DNA from: a bacterium | GTDB lineage: Bacteria > UBA8248 | NCBI GenBank assembly: GCA_965200245.1 | Contig: CBDATS010000004.1 | Location: 1,120,001 to 1,184,000 of the forward strand | Length of the DNA stretch: 64,000 nt | Reading direction: 5' to 3' | In this document: positions 1 to 9,095 of the stretch, in pieces | How positions within the stretch are numbered: position 1 is the stretch's first letter | Layout of the letters: each line of letters starts with the position of its first letter | Position numbers and translations under genes: made by a program | Notes under the pieces: model-generated | Databases searched by the model: none | What the model saw: the letters and a program-made list of their open reading frames with translations, nothing else | Told to the model about the DNA's origin: nothing

Positions 1-2
1 TA

Positions 3-164
3 TGGACGGGGGACGACTACCGCCGTGCGATTGAACTTGTGGAAAGCGGCAGGGTCCAGCGCCAGCCCCTGATTTCTCATGTCCTCAATCTGGATGATGC
101 CCAAGAGGGTTTCGCCATACAGGATCAGCCGGATGCCGCCATCAAGGTGGTGCTGAAACCCTGA
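3..164 (+). CDS. C-terminal fragment of zinc-binding (MDR family) dehydrogenase, truncated by window edge
   Basis: Manual translation: WTGDDYRRAIELVESGRVQRQPLISHVLNLDDAQEGFAIQDQPDAAIKVVLKP*, a typical MDR C-terminus (P-L-I-S/T-H ... IKVVL). Confidence 0.75.
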   Translation, partial: WTGDDYRRAIELVESGRVQRQPLISHVLNLDDAQEGFAIQDQPDAAIKVVLKP

Positions 165-188
165 AGTTGAAGGCCCGTTTTTCCGGTT

Positions 189-809
189 CTACTCTTTTCC
201 GATGCCAAGCAACTCTTCTATCAGTTCATTGCGCTTTGACATCAACATCACGGTGATGAGAACGCCAACGACCATCAGTGAAATATCTCCTTTCCCCACG
301 AAAATGACGACGGCGGGCAGCAGCAGGATGGAGATGAGTTCCGCATGATCACGCCTGCCGGTTACGGCGGAGATGAGGAGCGCGACGGTCGCGCAGATCA
401 CGAGGGACATCGGCGATACGGCCAGCAGCGCACCTGAAGTGCTTGCCGTTCCGCGTCCACCGCGAAATCCGTGAAAAACCGGCAATACTTCGCCAAGCAC
501 CACGGTGACACAGGCCAGCGCGGCGATCCAGGGGGAGTCGCTCATGTACCAGGCCAGGCTGAGCACCAGTTGCGCCTTCAGGAGATCGGCGATGAAGACA
601 AGCGTTCCCACGCGATCTCCCAGCACCGTCCAGACGTTCGCGAAATCGAGCGCGCCGCTTCCGTGAATGCGCAGATCGATCCCACGGGCCTTTCCGGCGA
701 ACCATGCGGGAGAAACAGAACCGAAAGAGTAGGAGATGCATCCAACGATGATGGCGGGAGCGAGAATTTCCAAGAAGACCTCCAAACCAATAAATGCCCC
801 GCCCCGCAT
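189..809 (-). CDS. plsY: Divergent glycerol-3-phosphate acyltransferase PlsY (DUF205) family membrane protein
   Basis: SYSFGS, GIDLRIHGSG, DLLKA and PVFHGFRGGRG match the PlsY layout, but the catalytic motifs are degenerate; start codon uncertain. Confidence 0.7.
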   Translation of the reverse strand: MRGGAFIGLEVFLEILAPAIIVGCISYSFGSVSPAWFAGKARGIDLRIHGSGALDFANVWTVLGDRVGTLVFIADLLKAQLVLSLAWYMSDSPWIAALACVTVVLGEVLPVFHGFRGGRGTASTSGALLAVSPMSLVICATVALLISAVTGRRDHAELISILLLPAVVIFVGKGDISLMVVGVLITVMLMSKRNELIEELLGIGKE

Positions 810-965
810 CTTGCAGCATTCTCAAGCGCATGAAAAGGAGCGCGCGCATACGCAGCACCGGGACACGGACGACGCCCGGTTATCGAGGTCTATAAGGGAT
901 GGGGTGCACGTTTTTCTCTCCGTGCCGCGCATGACCGGGGAAACTGCAGCGCAGGATGGGTTTCG

Positions 966-1868
966 TTATTTGTTGAGAACATCTTTCTCGCGTTTCTGGA
1001 GAAAGACGCTGCGAATCAGGGTGTAGTAGTCCAGGGTCAGGGGGTCTTTCTTGAGGATTTCGAGGGGTTCGATGAGGCGTTCGCGGGTGTCGATGCCCTC
1101 GAGAAGCCTCATCCCGTACAGAAGGTCCGCCATGGAGAGGGAGTCCCCGATAATGGCTTTTTTCTCGTCATTCCCGATGGTGCCGGCGTAGTTGAGCGGG
1201 TTGAGGAACACATCGCCTACCTTGGCCAGGCCGTCTCGCACGGTCGAGGGTCCCAGTATGGGAAGCACGAGGTATGCTCCCGCCTCCACGCCCCACACGC
1301 CCAGGGTCTGGCCGAAATCCTCCTCGTGATAGGGTACGCCCATCTCTTTCGCCACGTCGAGCAATCCCCCTATCCCCAGGGTCGTGTTGATCAAAAACCG
1401 GTTCAGGGTTATTCCGGCGCGTTCCCCCTCTCCCTGAAGGATGTCGTTCGCCAGCACGAAGGGAGCGTTCAGGTTACGCATGAAGTTGCGGAACGAGTCG
1501 CGGATGGGCTTGGGAAATATGGCCCTGTACAGCCGGGCGAGCGGAAGGAAAACAATGGCGTCAAACGCCTCGTTGAAACCGAAAACCGCGCGGTTGAACT
1601 CCTCGAACGGATCTACGGATTCGACCGTCTGTTCTTCCGCATCACCCTCGTGTCCGGCCCCCCATGCAGGGGAAGCGGGGGCACAGAACAGCACAAGGCT
1701 CAAAACCAGTGCGATCAGCCCACACGGCCATGCATGCTTTTTCCGGTTTCCTGGCGGGCGAAACAATGGAATTCTCTCCGTTTCCACATCAAGTCGCAAC
1801 GCACGAACATAGCGCAAACAAAATTCTGGAAGCAACCGCGCATATGGCATCATAGATTGACGATTCAA
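966..1868 (-). CDS. mlaA: MlaA/VacJ family outer-membrane lipid-asymmetry protein (true start probably downstream of 1868)
   Basis: DPFEEFNRAVFGFN, RFLINTTLGIGGLLDVA, EDFGQTLGVWGV, YLVLPILGPSTVRD. Confidence 0.9.
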   Translation of the reverse strand: MNRQSMMPYARLLPEFCLRYVRALRLDVETERIPLFRPPGNRKKHAWPCGLIALVLSLVLFCAPASPAWGAGHEGDAEEQTVESVDPFEEFNRAVFGFNEAFDAIVFLPLARLYRAIFPKPIRDSFRNFMRNLNAPFVLANDILQGEGERAGITLNRFLINTTLGIGGLLDVAKEMGVPYHEEDFGQTLGVWGVEAGAYLVLPILGPSTVRDGLAKVGDVFLNPLNYAGTIGNDEKKAIIGDSLSMADLLYGMRLLEGIDTRERLIEPLEILKKDPLTLDYYTLIRSVFLQKREKDVLNK

Positions 1869-1901
1869 GGGAAACCAGAAATTTTTCGGCGATTACGCTC
1901 T

Positions 1902-2891
1902 CTAGGCCAGAGAGCCCCCGCACGACGAACCGGCCCCGGCCGTGCAGCCGAAGCAGTGATCGTCCAGCAGGATTTCGCGGCCCAGCAGTTCGGCGGGCGC
2001 CACGTCCCAAAGCCTGAGCGGCCTGCCGTTGCCCAGGGACATATTGAGCATCTGGTTGAAATCGCAATCATACAAGACGCCGTCCCACCCCACGCTGATG
2101 AGGTTTCGACACATCAGGCCGGGCAGCGTCTCGGAGTTGTAGGCTTCGCGCAACGTATCCATGTAGGAATCCAGCTTGCCGTTCGCCTTCAGATAACCGG
2201 CAAACCGGGCAATGGGCATGTTGGTGATGGTGTAGAGTTGATGAAAGCGGATGCCGTAGCGCCTGAGGAGTTCGCGTTTGTAGTCCGCCTCAAGCGCCTC
2301 CTGCGGCGGAGGGAGGTTGTCGTCCACGGGATTGTAGACGAGGTTCAGGGCCAGATCTCCCGGCGGGCCGAACCCCGCTTCGTTCATATCCTGCAGCGCG
2401 CGGATGGATTTTTCAAAAACGCCGTCCCCGCGCTGGGTGTTCACGTTCTCTTCCAGATAACACGGCAGCGAGCAGATGAGTTCCACGCGGTTCTCGCGGT
2501 AGAAATCTATCAAGTCTCCCTGACCCGGCTCATACACGACCGTGAGATTGCAGCGAACCATGACGTGGCGGCCCTTGCGGCGGGCGCTGGCTACAAGCCG
2601 CCTGAACTGGGCGTTGAGTTCGGGGGCACCTCCCGTGATGTCGACGTTGGGTATCGACGTCTCCTCAAGCCATTCGATGATGCGGCTCGCCGTCTCCTCG
2701 GTCATGATCTCCTTGCGGTGCGGGCCCGCGCCCACGTGACAGTGCGCGCAAGTCTGGTCGCAATACTTTCCTACGTTGACCTGCAGTGTGGAAAGTTCGG
2801 TGCGTTCCAGGCGGGGCGCGTCCTCCCGTATGCGGTCCATGAATCTGACGGCCCCGTTCGAGGATAGAGGCAAGGAAATGCTTGCGGGCAT
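1902..2891 (-). CDS. arsS: Radical SAM / Cys-rich domain protein, ArsS (arsenosugar biosynthesis, DUF3641) family
   Basis: LQVNVGKYCDQTCAHCHV (CxxxCxxC), DITGGAPELN, LMCRNLISVGWDG.LYDCDFNQML, C-terminal HCFGCTAGAGSSCGG. Confidence 0.85.
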   Translation of the reverse strand: MPASISLPLSSNGAVRFMDRIREDAPRLERTELSTLQVNVGKYCDQTCAHCHVGAGPHRKEIMTEETASRIIEWLEETSIPNVDITGGAPELNAQFRRLVASARRKGRHVMVRCNLTVVYEPGQGDLIDFYRENRVELICSLPCYLEENVNTQRGDGVFEKSIRALQDMNEAGFGPPGDLALNLVYNPVDDNLPPPQEALEADYKRELLRRYGIRFHQLYTITNMPIARFAGYLKANGKLDSYMDTLREAYNSETLPGLMCRNLISVGWDGVLYDCDFNQMLNMSLGNGRPLRLWDVAPAELLGREILLDDHCFGCTAGAGSSCGGSLA

Positions 2892-2943
2892 CGTTTCTCC
2901 CGAGGAAATGACTTCGTTCAGTGACGCATTCGGAACAGGTGGC

Positions 2944-3339
2944 TTAAGCGGTCCGTACCAGTTTCCTGCGAAGCGATTTGATGCGTCGTCTCACGCGCTT
3001 GATTTGAACACCGTCTTTCGCCTCGATGTGTTGATCCCGCATGCCCTTGAGAGCCTTGATTTGCTGTTTGACGGCGCTTCTGTCGAGCTTGGAGGTGCGC
3101 TTCGCCTCGATCAACGGAATATCGTTTATCTCCTTGAGTGCCCGGATCAACTGTGTCTTGTCCATTCCGTGGACGCCCGAGATTCTTCCGCCGTAAGCCA
3201 GAGCGGCCTCCTTGAGCTTGGGCACGTTCATCTTGTCGATCTCTTTCGCCGTAAGAGCGGGGCCCGCCTGTTCAGGCGCCTGCGTTTCCCCGGAAGCCTC
3301 CGCTTCGTTTCTTCCTTCTTCCGCCATTTCACTCTCCAT
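2944..3339 (-). CDS. Small basic protein with Rho N-terminal-like domain
   Basis: IDKMNVPKLKEAA...ISGVHGMDKTQLIRAL resembles the Rho_N helix-extended-helix; basic C-terminal coiled coil. Confidence 0.65.
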   Translation of the reverse strand: MESEMAEEGRNEAEASGETQAPEQAGPALTAKEIDKMNVPKLKEAALAYGGRISGVHGMDKTQLIRALKEINDIPLIEAKRTSKLDRSAVKQQIKALKGMRDQHIEAKDGVQIKRVRRRIKSLRRKLVRTA

Positions 3340-3664
3340 TGAAAATCGTTTTCGCCCTGATGTACATCATCGCGCATTCACGGGCGTTTGCCTCGTCAAT
3401 TCATTCCCACCCAGACGGGATGACGGCCAAACTTAACAAAACGGGGTATGATAAGCAACGGCTCTGTACGGGTGTTCCACCGAAAAGAATTCGCGGCGCA
3501 AGGGCCTGGCAGGCCGGGGCCGGCTCTTTGGCCGGGACAGGAGAGTGGATTGTCCAAATGCGTCGAGATTTTTTTCGACTTGCCCGCCGGAGGTCGCGAT
3601 GATAGAAATTGAATATACGTAATTCTGACAGCGCGGTTTTCACAGAACTAAGAAAGGCGTTGCC

Positions 3665-4678
3665 GTGGCCGAGAAACTACTTGAAGTAAAAGACATGGTG
3701 AAACACTTCCCCGTTCGGGGAGGCGTATTCTCCCGGGTGCGCAACTATGTACGCGCCGTGGACGGCGTGAGCTTCGATCTGGAACCGGGCGAAACGCTCG
3801 GGCTCGTCGGAGAGAGCGGATGCGGGAAGTCCACCACCGGCAGGGCCGTGCTGCGCCTGATCGAGCCGACCTCGGGTGAAGTGAAGTTTCAGGGCACCGA
3901 CGTCTGCGGCCTGAACAGGGAGTCGATGCGCAGGCTGAGGCGCGAGATGCAAATCATCTTCCAGGATCCGTATGCGTCCCTGAACCCGCGCATGACGGTG
4001 GGGAGCATCGTCGGCGAGCCGTTAACCATCCACGGTATCGCGAAAGGAAAGGAGAAAGAGGAGAAAGTCGCCTCACTTCTCCACCGGGTGGGCCTGCGGC
4101 CCGAGCACATACGCCGCTATCCCCATGAATTTTCGGGCGGCCAGCGCCAGCGCATCGGGATCGCCCGCGCACTGGCGCTCAACCCCAAGCTCATCATCGC
4201 GGACGAGCCCGTCAGTGCACTGGACGTGTCGATTCAGGCGCAGGTGATCAATCTGCTCGAAGACCTGCAAAAGGAATACGGAATCGCGTTCGTGCTTATC
4301 GCGCACGATCTGGCCGTCGTCCAGCATGTGAGCGACCGCATCGCCGTCATGTATCTGGGCAAGATCGTGGAGATGTCCTCGGCCGACAGGGTGGTGATGG
4401 AGCCGAAGCACCCCTATACCGAGGCGCTGCTCTCCGCCGTGCCGATTCCGGACCCCACGCTCAAGAAAAAACGAATGATCCTGACCGGCGACGTACCCAG
4501 CCCGGTGAACCCTCCCTCGGGGTGCCGATTCCATACGAGATGCCCGTATAAGGAAGACAGGTGCGTTGCGGAGGAGCCGGCAATGCGGGAAATCAGCACG
4601 GGTCACTTCGCCGCGTGTCACTTCTCGGAAAAACTCTATGGCGGCGCGCCGAAAACGAACGGGGCGCCCGTCGGCTAG
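3665..4678 (+). CDS. oppF: Oligopeptide/dipeptide ABC transporter ATP-binding protein (OppF/DppF type); no partner subunits in this window
   Basis: [45 protein letters not shown]. Confidence 0.9.
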   Translation: MAEKLLEVKDMVKHFPVRGGVFSRVRNYVRAVDGVSFDLEPGETLGLVGESGCGKSTTGRAVLRLIEPTSGEVKFQGTDVCGLNRESMRRLRREMQIIFQDPYASLNPRMTVGSIVGEPLTIHGIAKGKEKEEKVASLLHRVGLRPEHIRRYPHEFSGGQRQRIGIARALALNPKLIIADEPVSALDVSIQAQVINLLEDLQKEYGIAFVLIAHDLAVVQHVSDRIAVMYLGKIVEMSSADRVVMEPKHPYTEALLSAVPIPDPTLKKKRMILTGDVPSPVNPPSGCRFHTRCPYKEDRCVAEEPAMREISTGHFAACHFSEKLYGGAPKTNGAPVG

Positions 4679-4765
4679 ACGGTTCCACCCGCAGTCCGGC
4701 GTACGCAGGCGAATCGTTTTTCCTCCGTTTGGTTTCTTGCGCCCGCCGAGGACATCGGCCGACGT

Positions 4766-6319
4766 GTGATGGATGAAAAACCCGGAATATCAGTTTCCCC
4801 CCTTCTGCTCTTTGCGCTTGTGACCGCCCTGTTCGCGGCCGGTACGGTATATTTTGTCCATCGGACCGTCCGGGACGCGCTCCTGAACCGACACGAAGAG
4901 CGCGGCGCGAGACACCTGCAGGACATCCAAACCAGAATACGGGCGCGCATCGACTCCCTGCTCGGAAGGATTCAAGGGGCCGAATTACTCATGGCGGCGG
5001 TTCCGGGCGTCGCGGACAAGGAGGGAAAAGCGCTTTCATTTCTCCTGGGCGGGGAATCGAGAGAATCCTTCGCCGCTTCGATACTGCTCGATGAGCGCGG
5101 CAGGATTCGCGATTCACGCAGGGTGGGAAGCATGCCGCCGCCCGGCGATGAGGAAAAGGGTCTCTGGTCGGGGGCGAGACGTTCGCTCCTCTCCCTGCTG
5201 AAACGCGAAGGGGGACCGCGGAGGAGGAAGTTCGACGTTCAATCGAGCACACTCAACGACGCGCCCATTGCACTGTTGCTGGCGCCCTCGTCGTCTACAA
5301 AGGGTTTTTGGGGCGTCATCGTTCCGGCGGAGTCACTGCTGCCATTGAAAGAGACCGAGCTTACCCCCGGCGAGAGTGTTTTTCTGCTGACCGAACCGGA
5401 ACAAAAGGTTCTCTTCGCCAGGCAGGGGGAGAAGTTTCTGGCGGAAAGCATTGCCGGGGCCTACAAGACGGAACTCGCCTCCGCTCTCGACGTCAAGGTC
5501 TGCTGTGACCCCGCTGCGTTCAATACAGGGAATCGGGGCAAGCGCTCGATGTCGCAGTCCACTTTCTATCTCGGGATGAGGCGGTTGCGCCTCGTTCGCC
5601 TGGCGCAGGGTTCGACAAGAACAGGAACGGGATTGACGATGCTGGCCGGTGTGATGGCGACGTTCTGGCTCGTATCGCTGGCCCTGTTTTATCTACTCAA
5701 GACTCCGGGGGAAGGCAGTCCGGCCGTCTGGGTGAACAGAAGCGGGTTGGATGGCGAAATCTTCGGGAAGGGACTCCCCACGGAGAGGGCCGCGGTCATC
5801 ATGCGGATGAGCGAATCGGTGGCGGAGGGTGTGCATTTTCGCAAGGTCATCGTCAACCTCGTGCGGGAAGTCTCGCGCTTTCTGTCGACAGACAGATATT
5901 ACGCCGCCCTGTACGACGATGCGACGGATCGGTTTCTTGAGGTGTGCCATTCACGCCTAGGGGAGGGTTACCGGCGCGCCGTGACTTCGCCCGACTCCGG
6001 TCTGCCGGAAAGGATCGCCATTCGGGAAAAGGAGATCGTCGAGGTTCCCTGCGCCGATGAATGGCACGGTGCTCCGGAAGTGCTCAGGAGCGAGAAGATT
6101 GGAGGAGCCGTGGTCTTCCCGCTGGTCGCCCTGGGGAAAGTGGTGGGGCTGGCTTCTTTCTACTTCGATGTGCCTCGGGAAAGGACTGAAGATGAGGTCG
6201 ACTATTGCGCCATCCTGTTGCAGCAGGCTGCCGTGGCCATATCGCGCGCCCTGGCCGCCTCCGCACAGGACGTTCCTGCCCGAACGCGCCCGGCGCGTTC
6301 GTCCGGAGATGTGGCATAA
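4766..6319 (+). CDS. Membrane protein: TM, periplasmic region, TM, cytoplasmic GAF domain
   Basis: Two hydrophobic segments; C-terminal GAF-like text (GAVVFPLVALGKVVGLASFY...LLQQAAVAI); no kinase or GGDEF motif follows. Confidence 0.6.
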   Translation: MMDEKPGISVSPLLLFALVTALFAAGTVYFVHRTVRDALLNRHEERGARHLQDIQTRIRARIDSLLGRIQGAELLMAAVPGVADKEGKALSFLLGGESRESFAASILLDERGRIRDSRRVGSMPPPGDEEKGLWSGARRSLLSLLKREGGPRRRKFDVQSSTLNDAPIALLLAPSSSTKGFWGVIVPAESLLPLKETELTPGESVFLLTEPEQKVLFARQGEKFLAESIAGAYKTELASALDVKVCCDPAAFNTGNRGKRSMSQSTFYLGMRRLRLVRLAQGSTRTGTGLTMLAGVMATFWLVSLALFYLLKTPGEGSPAVWVNRSGLDGEIFGKGLPTERAAVIMRMSESVAEGVHFRKVIVNLVREVSRFLSTDRYYAALYDDATDRFLEVCHSRLGEGYRRAVTSPDSGLPERIAIREKEIVEVPCADEWHGAPEVLRSEKIGGAVVFPLVALGKVVGLASFYFDVPRERTEDEVDYCAILLQQAAVAISRALAASAQDVPARTRPARSSGDVA

Positions 6320-6467
6320 AAACAGATGGAAGCGTTGAAGTTGAAATACCGTTGCGCCGACGTGTGAATTTCACCCTTGTCCATCATCCGGACAGGCGCC
6401 GGAATGATGGGCCGCAGGGACAGGTTGCGACCTGACCACACCTGTCACCCAAATCCCTTTGCGGCAC

Positions 6468-7676
6468 TCAGCCTCCCATCTCATCCACCATGTCGGCGAT
6501 GGCGCGTCCTATCATGAGCGACGCCGTCGCACCGGGCGATGGGGCGTTGCAAACGTGAACCGCGCCTTCGGTACTGATGATGGAGAAATCATCGAGCAGG
6601 CCGCCGTCTCGATCCACCGCCTGCGCGCGTACACCCGCGCCTGCGGGAACGAGATCCGATTCCTGTATCTCGGGCATGAGCCTTTGCAGTGCACGTGTGA
6701 ATGCGGACTTGCTGATGGATCGGACCATCTCGCCGAGCCCCGTCTTCCAGTACTTCATGGCCAGTTTCAGGAAACCGGGATAAACAAGGATCTCGAAGAG
6801 ATCGTAGGGATCGATTCGGGTCTTCGTGTACCCTTCTCTCATATAGGCCAGGACGGCGTTCGGCCCCGCCTCGACACTCCCGTCTACCCGGCGTGTGAAG
6901 TGAACCCCCAGGAAGGGGAAGGCCGGATCCGGTACCGGGTAGATGAGACTCTTGACGAGCGAGCGGCGTTCGGGCGTGAGTTCGTAGTACTCCCCGCGGA
7001 AGGGCACGATCTTCATGGGCGGCGTTCCACCCGCGAGTTTCGCGATTCTGTCGGCGTAAAGCCCCGCACAGTTGACGATGAATTTCCCCGCGAAATCCCC
7101 TGCCGTCGTCTCGACACGCCTCTCTCTGTTCGATGCGGCGATACCGGTGACCTGCGCCCCGGTACGGATGCCTTGTCCCGCCTCAACCACGATGCGGGCA
7201 TAAACACGAACGACGGCACCATAGTCGATGATGCCAGTGGAAGGCACTCGAAGCGCCTTGACGCCCCGGGCGTGGGGTTCGATCTCCTTCAACTCCTCGG
7301 GCCCAAGAACCTGGATGTTCTTGATGGCGTTCGCCGTGCCCCGGCGGTGGAGTTCCTCTAGGCGCGGAATTTCCGCCTCGGTGGTGGCGACCACTACCTT
7401 GCCGCAGATTTCATGCGGGATGCCGTGCTCCCGGGCGAAGCGCACCATTGCCGCCGCACCCTCCACGCAGGTCTTCGCCTTGAGCGAGCCGGGTCGATAG
7501 TAGAGTCCGGCATGAATCACGCCGCTGTTGTGGAGCGATTGGTGGCGGCCGACATCGGCCTCTTTCTCGAGTACGAGGACTCGCTTTCGCGGGTGACGCC
7601 GGGTAATCTCCATGGCGGTGGAAAGGCCGAGCATGCCGCCTCCGATGACGATGACGTCCCAGGTTGTCCGGTTCAT
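6468..7676 (-). CDS. lhgO: L-2-hydroxyglutarate oxidase LhgO
   Basis: IGGGMLG FAD motif, HQSLHNSGVIHAGLYYRPGSLKA, PFRGEY, YPVPDPAFPFLGVH, GVRAQA, NAPSPGATASL. Confidence 0.92.
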   Translation of the reverse strand: MNRTTWDVIVIGGGMLGLSTAMEITRRHPRKRVLVLEKEADVGRHQSLHNSGVIHAGLYYRPGSLKAKTCVEGAAAMVRFAREHGIPHEICGKVVVATTEAEIPRLEELHRRGTANAIKNIQVLGPEELKEIEPHARGVKALRVPSTGIIDYGAVVRVYARIVVEAGQGIRTGAQVTGIAASNRERRVETTAGDFAGKFIVNCAGLYADRIAKLAGGTPPMKIVPFRGEYYELTPERRSLVKSLIYPVPDPAFPFLGVHFTRRVDGSVEAGPNAVLAYMREGYTKTRIDPYDLFEILVYPGFLKLAMKYWKTGLGEMVRSISKSAFTRALQRLMPEIQESDLVPAGAGVRAQAVDRDGGLLDDFSIISTEGAVHVCNAPSPGATASLMIGRAIADMVDEMGG

Positions 7677-7779
7677 GGCCTAACCCCTGAACCAGGATGA
7701 GATACGGACGGAGAAATGGTTTCCGGCGATGAGCATATCCCAAAGTGCCGGGAACGGCTCCCGGACGCGCAGTTTACGA

Positions 7780-7808
7780 TTGACATCCAATTCCCCTCTC
7801 GTTATCCT
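7780..7808 (+). promoter_or_regulatory. Sigma70-like promoter for the TAXI operon
   Basis: TTGACA (7780-7785), 17-nt spacer, TATCCT (7803-7808). Confidence 0.6.
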
Positions 7809-7875
7809 CTTTTCAAATGATAATCCTGACCCTGAAATCGTGAAATGCAGGCTGATAGCCAGAGGAGTTCCGAAG

Positions 7876-7920
7876 AAAGCGGCATTCACGAAGCTTTGCG
7901 TGAATGCCGCTTTATATTTT
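7876..7920 (+). terminator. Terminator/attenuator-like hairpin in the TAXI 5' leader
   Basis: Perfect 15-bp inverted repeat AAAGCGGCATTCACG / CGTGAATGCCGCTTT followed by ATATTTT. Confidence 0.45.
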
Positions 7921-7984
7921 CAGGAAATTCTCACTGCTCGACAAGTGCAGTTTCCACCTCACCCCCATTCAAGGAGAATGACAC

Positions 7985-8983
7985 ATGAAAAAGATAATGA
8001 AGTTTTTCATTGCGACCGTAGCGGCAGTTTCGATCGCGGGCGTCGCTGTTCCGGCGAGCGCGGCGAAGTTCCTCGTGGTCGGCGGCGGCTCTACCACGGG
8101 CGTGTACTATCAGGTCGCCCTGAACGTCTGCAAGCTGGTGAACAAGAACCTCAAGAGCCAGGGATACCACTGCATCGGCCGTCCCTCGCTGGGTTCGGTG
8201 TTCAACATCAACGCCATTAAACGCGGTCTCCTGAACTTCGGCGTCGCCCAGTCCGACAGGAACTTCCAGGCGTATAACGGCACTGCCAACTGGAAGGGCA
8301 AAGCCTACAAGGGTCTCCGCAGTGTATTCAGCGTTCACCCTGAAACCGTCATGCTCGTCGCGCGCGCTGATTCGGGCATCAAGAAAGTGGCGGACATCAA
8401 GGGACGCCGGATCAACATCGGGAACCCCGGCTCCGGCCAGCGTGGAAACGCGAGGGACATCCTGAAAATCTACGGCATCGATCAGAACAAGGGCATCAAG
8501 GCCGAGGGTCTCCAGCAGAACGAGGCGAACCGCGCGCTGGTGGACAAGAAGATCGATGCGTTCTTCTACACCGTGGGCAATCCCTGGGGCGGCGGTCTCG
8601 AGATCTCGAACAGCACGGCGATCCGCATGATCCCGATAAACTCGGCGGGCATCCAGAAGCTGGTGGCCGGCAAACCCTACTACGTGATGACGAACATCCC
8701 GGGCGGCATCTACAAGGGCGTGAGCAAGAACGTGCCGACCTACGCGGTGAAGGCGACCTTCGTGACCGGCAAAAATCAGCCCAACGACGTGGTCTACAAC
8801 GTCGTGAAGACCATCTTCGATAACCTTGGCGATTTCCAGAAAACGCACGCTGCGTTCAAATACCTGACGAAAAAAGACATGCTCGGGGGTCTTTCGGCTC
8901 CTTTCCATCCAGGTGCTGAGCGTTATTACGTGGAAAAAGGCCTGATGAAGAAGATGAAGATGAAAAAGAAGATGAAGAAGTAA
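7985..8983 (+). CDS. TAXI family TRAP transporter solute-binding protein
   Basis: Signal peptide, GGSTTGVYY, GSVFNI, VAQSD, IGNPGSGQR, PFHPGAERYY; AGGAG RBS. Confidence 0.92.
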   Translation: MKKIMKFFIATVAAVSIAGVAVPASAAKFLVVGGGSTTGVYYQVALNVCKLVNKNLKSQGYHCIGRPSLGSVFNINAIKRGLLNFGVAQSDRNFQAYNGTANWKGKAYKGLRSVFSVHPETVMLVARADSGIKKVADIKGRRINIGNPGSGQRGNARDILKIYGIDQNKGIKAEGLQQNEANRALVDKKIDAFFYTVGNPWGGGLEISNSTAIRMIPINSAGIQKLVAGKPYYVMTNIPGGIYKGVSKNVPTYAVKATFVTGKNQPNDVVYNVVKTIFDNLGDFQKTHAAFKYLTKKDMLGGLSAPFHPGAERYYVEKGLMKKMKMKKKMKK

Positions 8984-9000
8984 TACGCAAAATCTTCATA

Positions 9001-9040
9001 CCGCACCGATCCGGGGGCCGTGCCCCCCGGATCGGTGCGG
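9001..9040 (+). terminator. Intergenic GC-rich hairpin (mRNA-stabilising element or partial terminator) after the TAXI SBP gene
   Basis: Perfect 17-bp stem CCGCACCGATCCGGGGG / CCCCCGGATCGGTGCGG with 6-nt loop and no U-tract. Confidence 0.6.
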
Positions 9041-9095
9041 TTGGCTGGAACCCCGTTCTTTCACGAAGTGAGGCAGTTGTTTGAGGGGTGAATAA

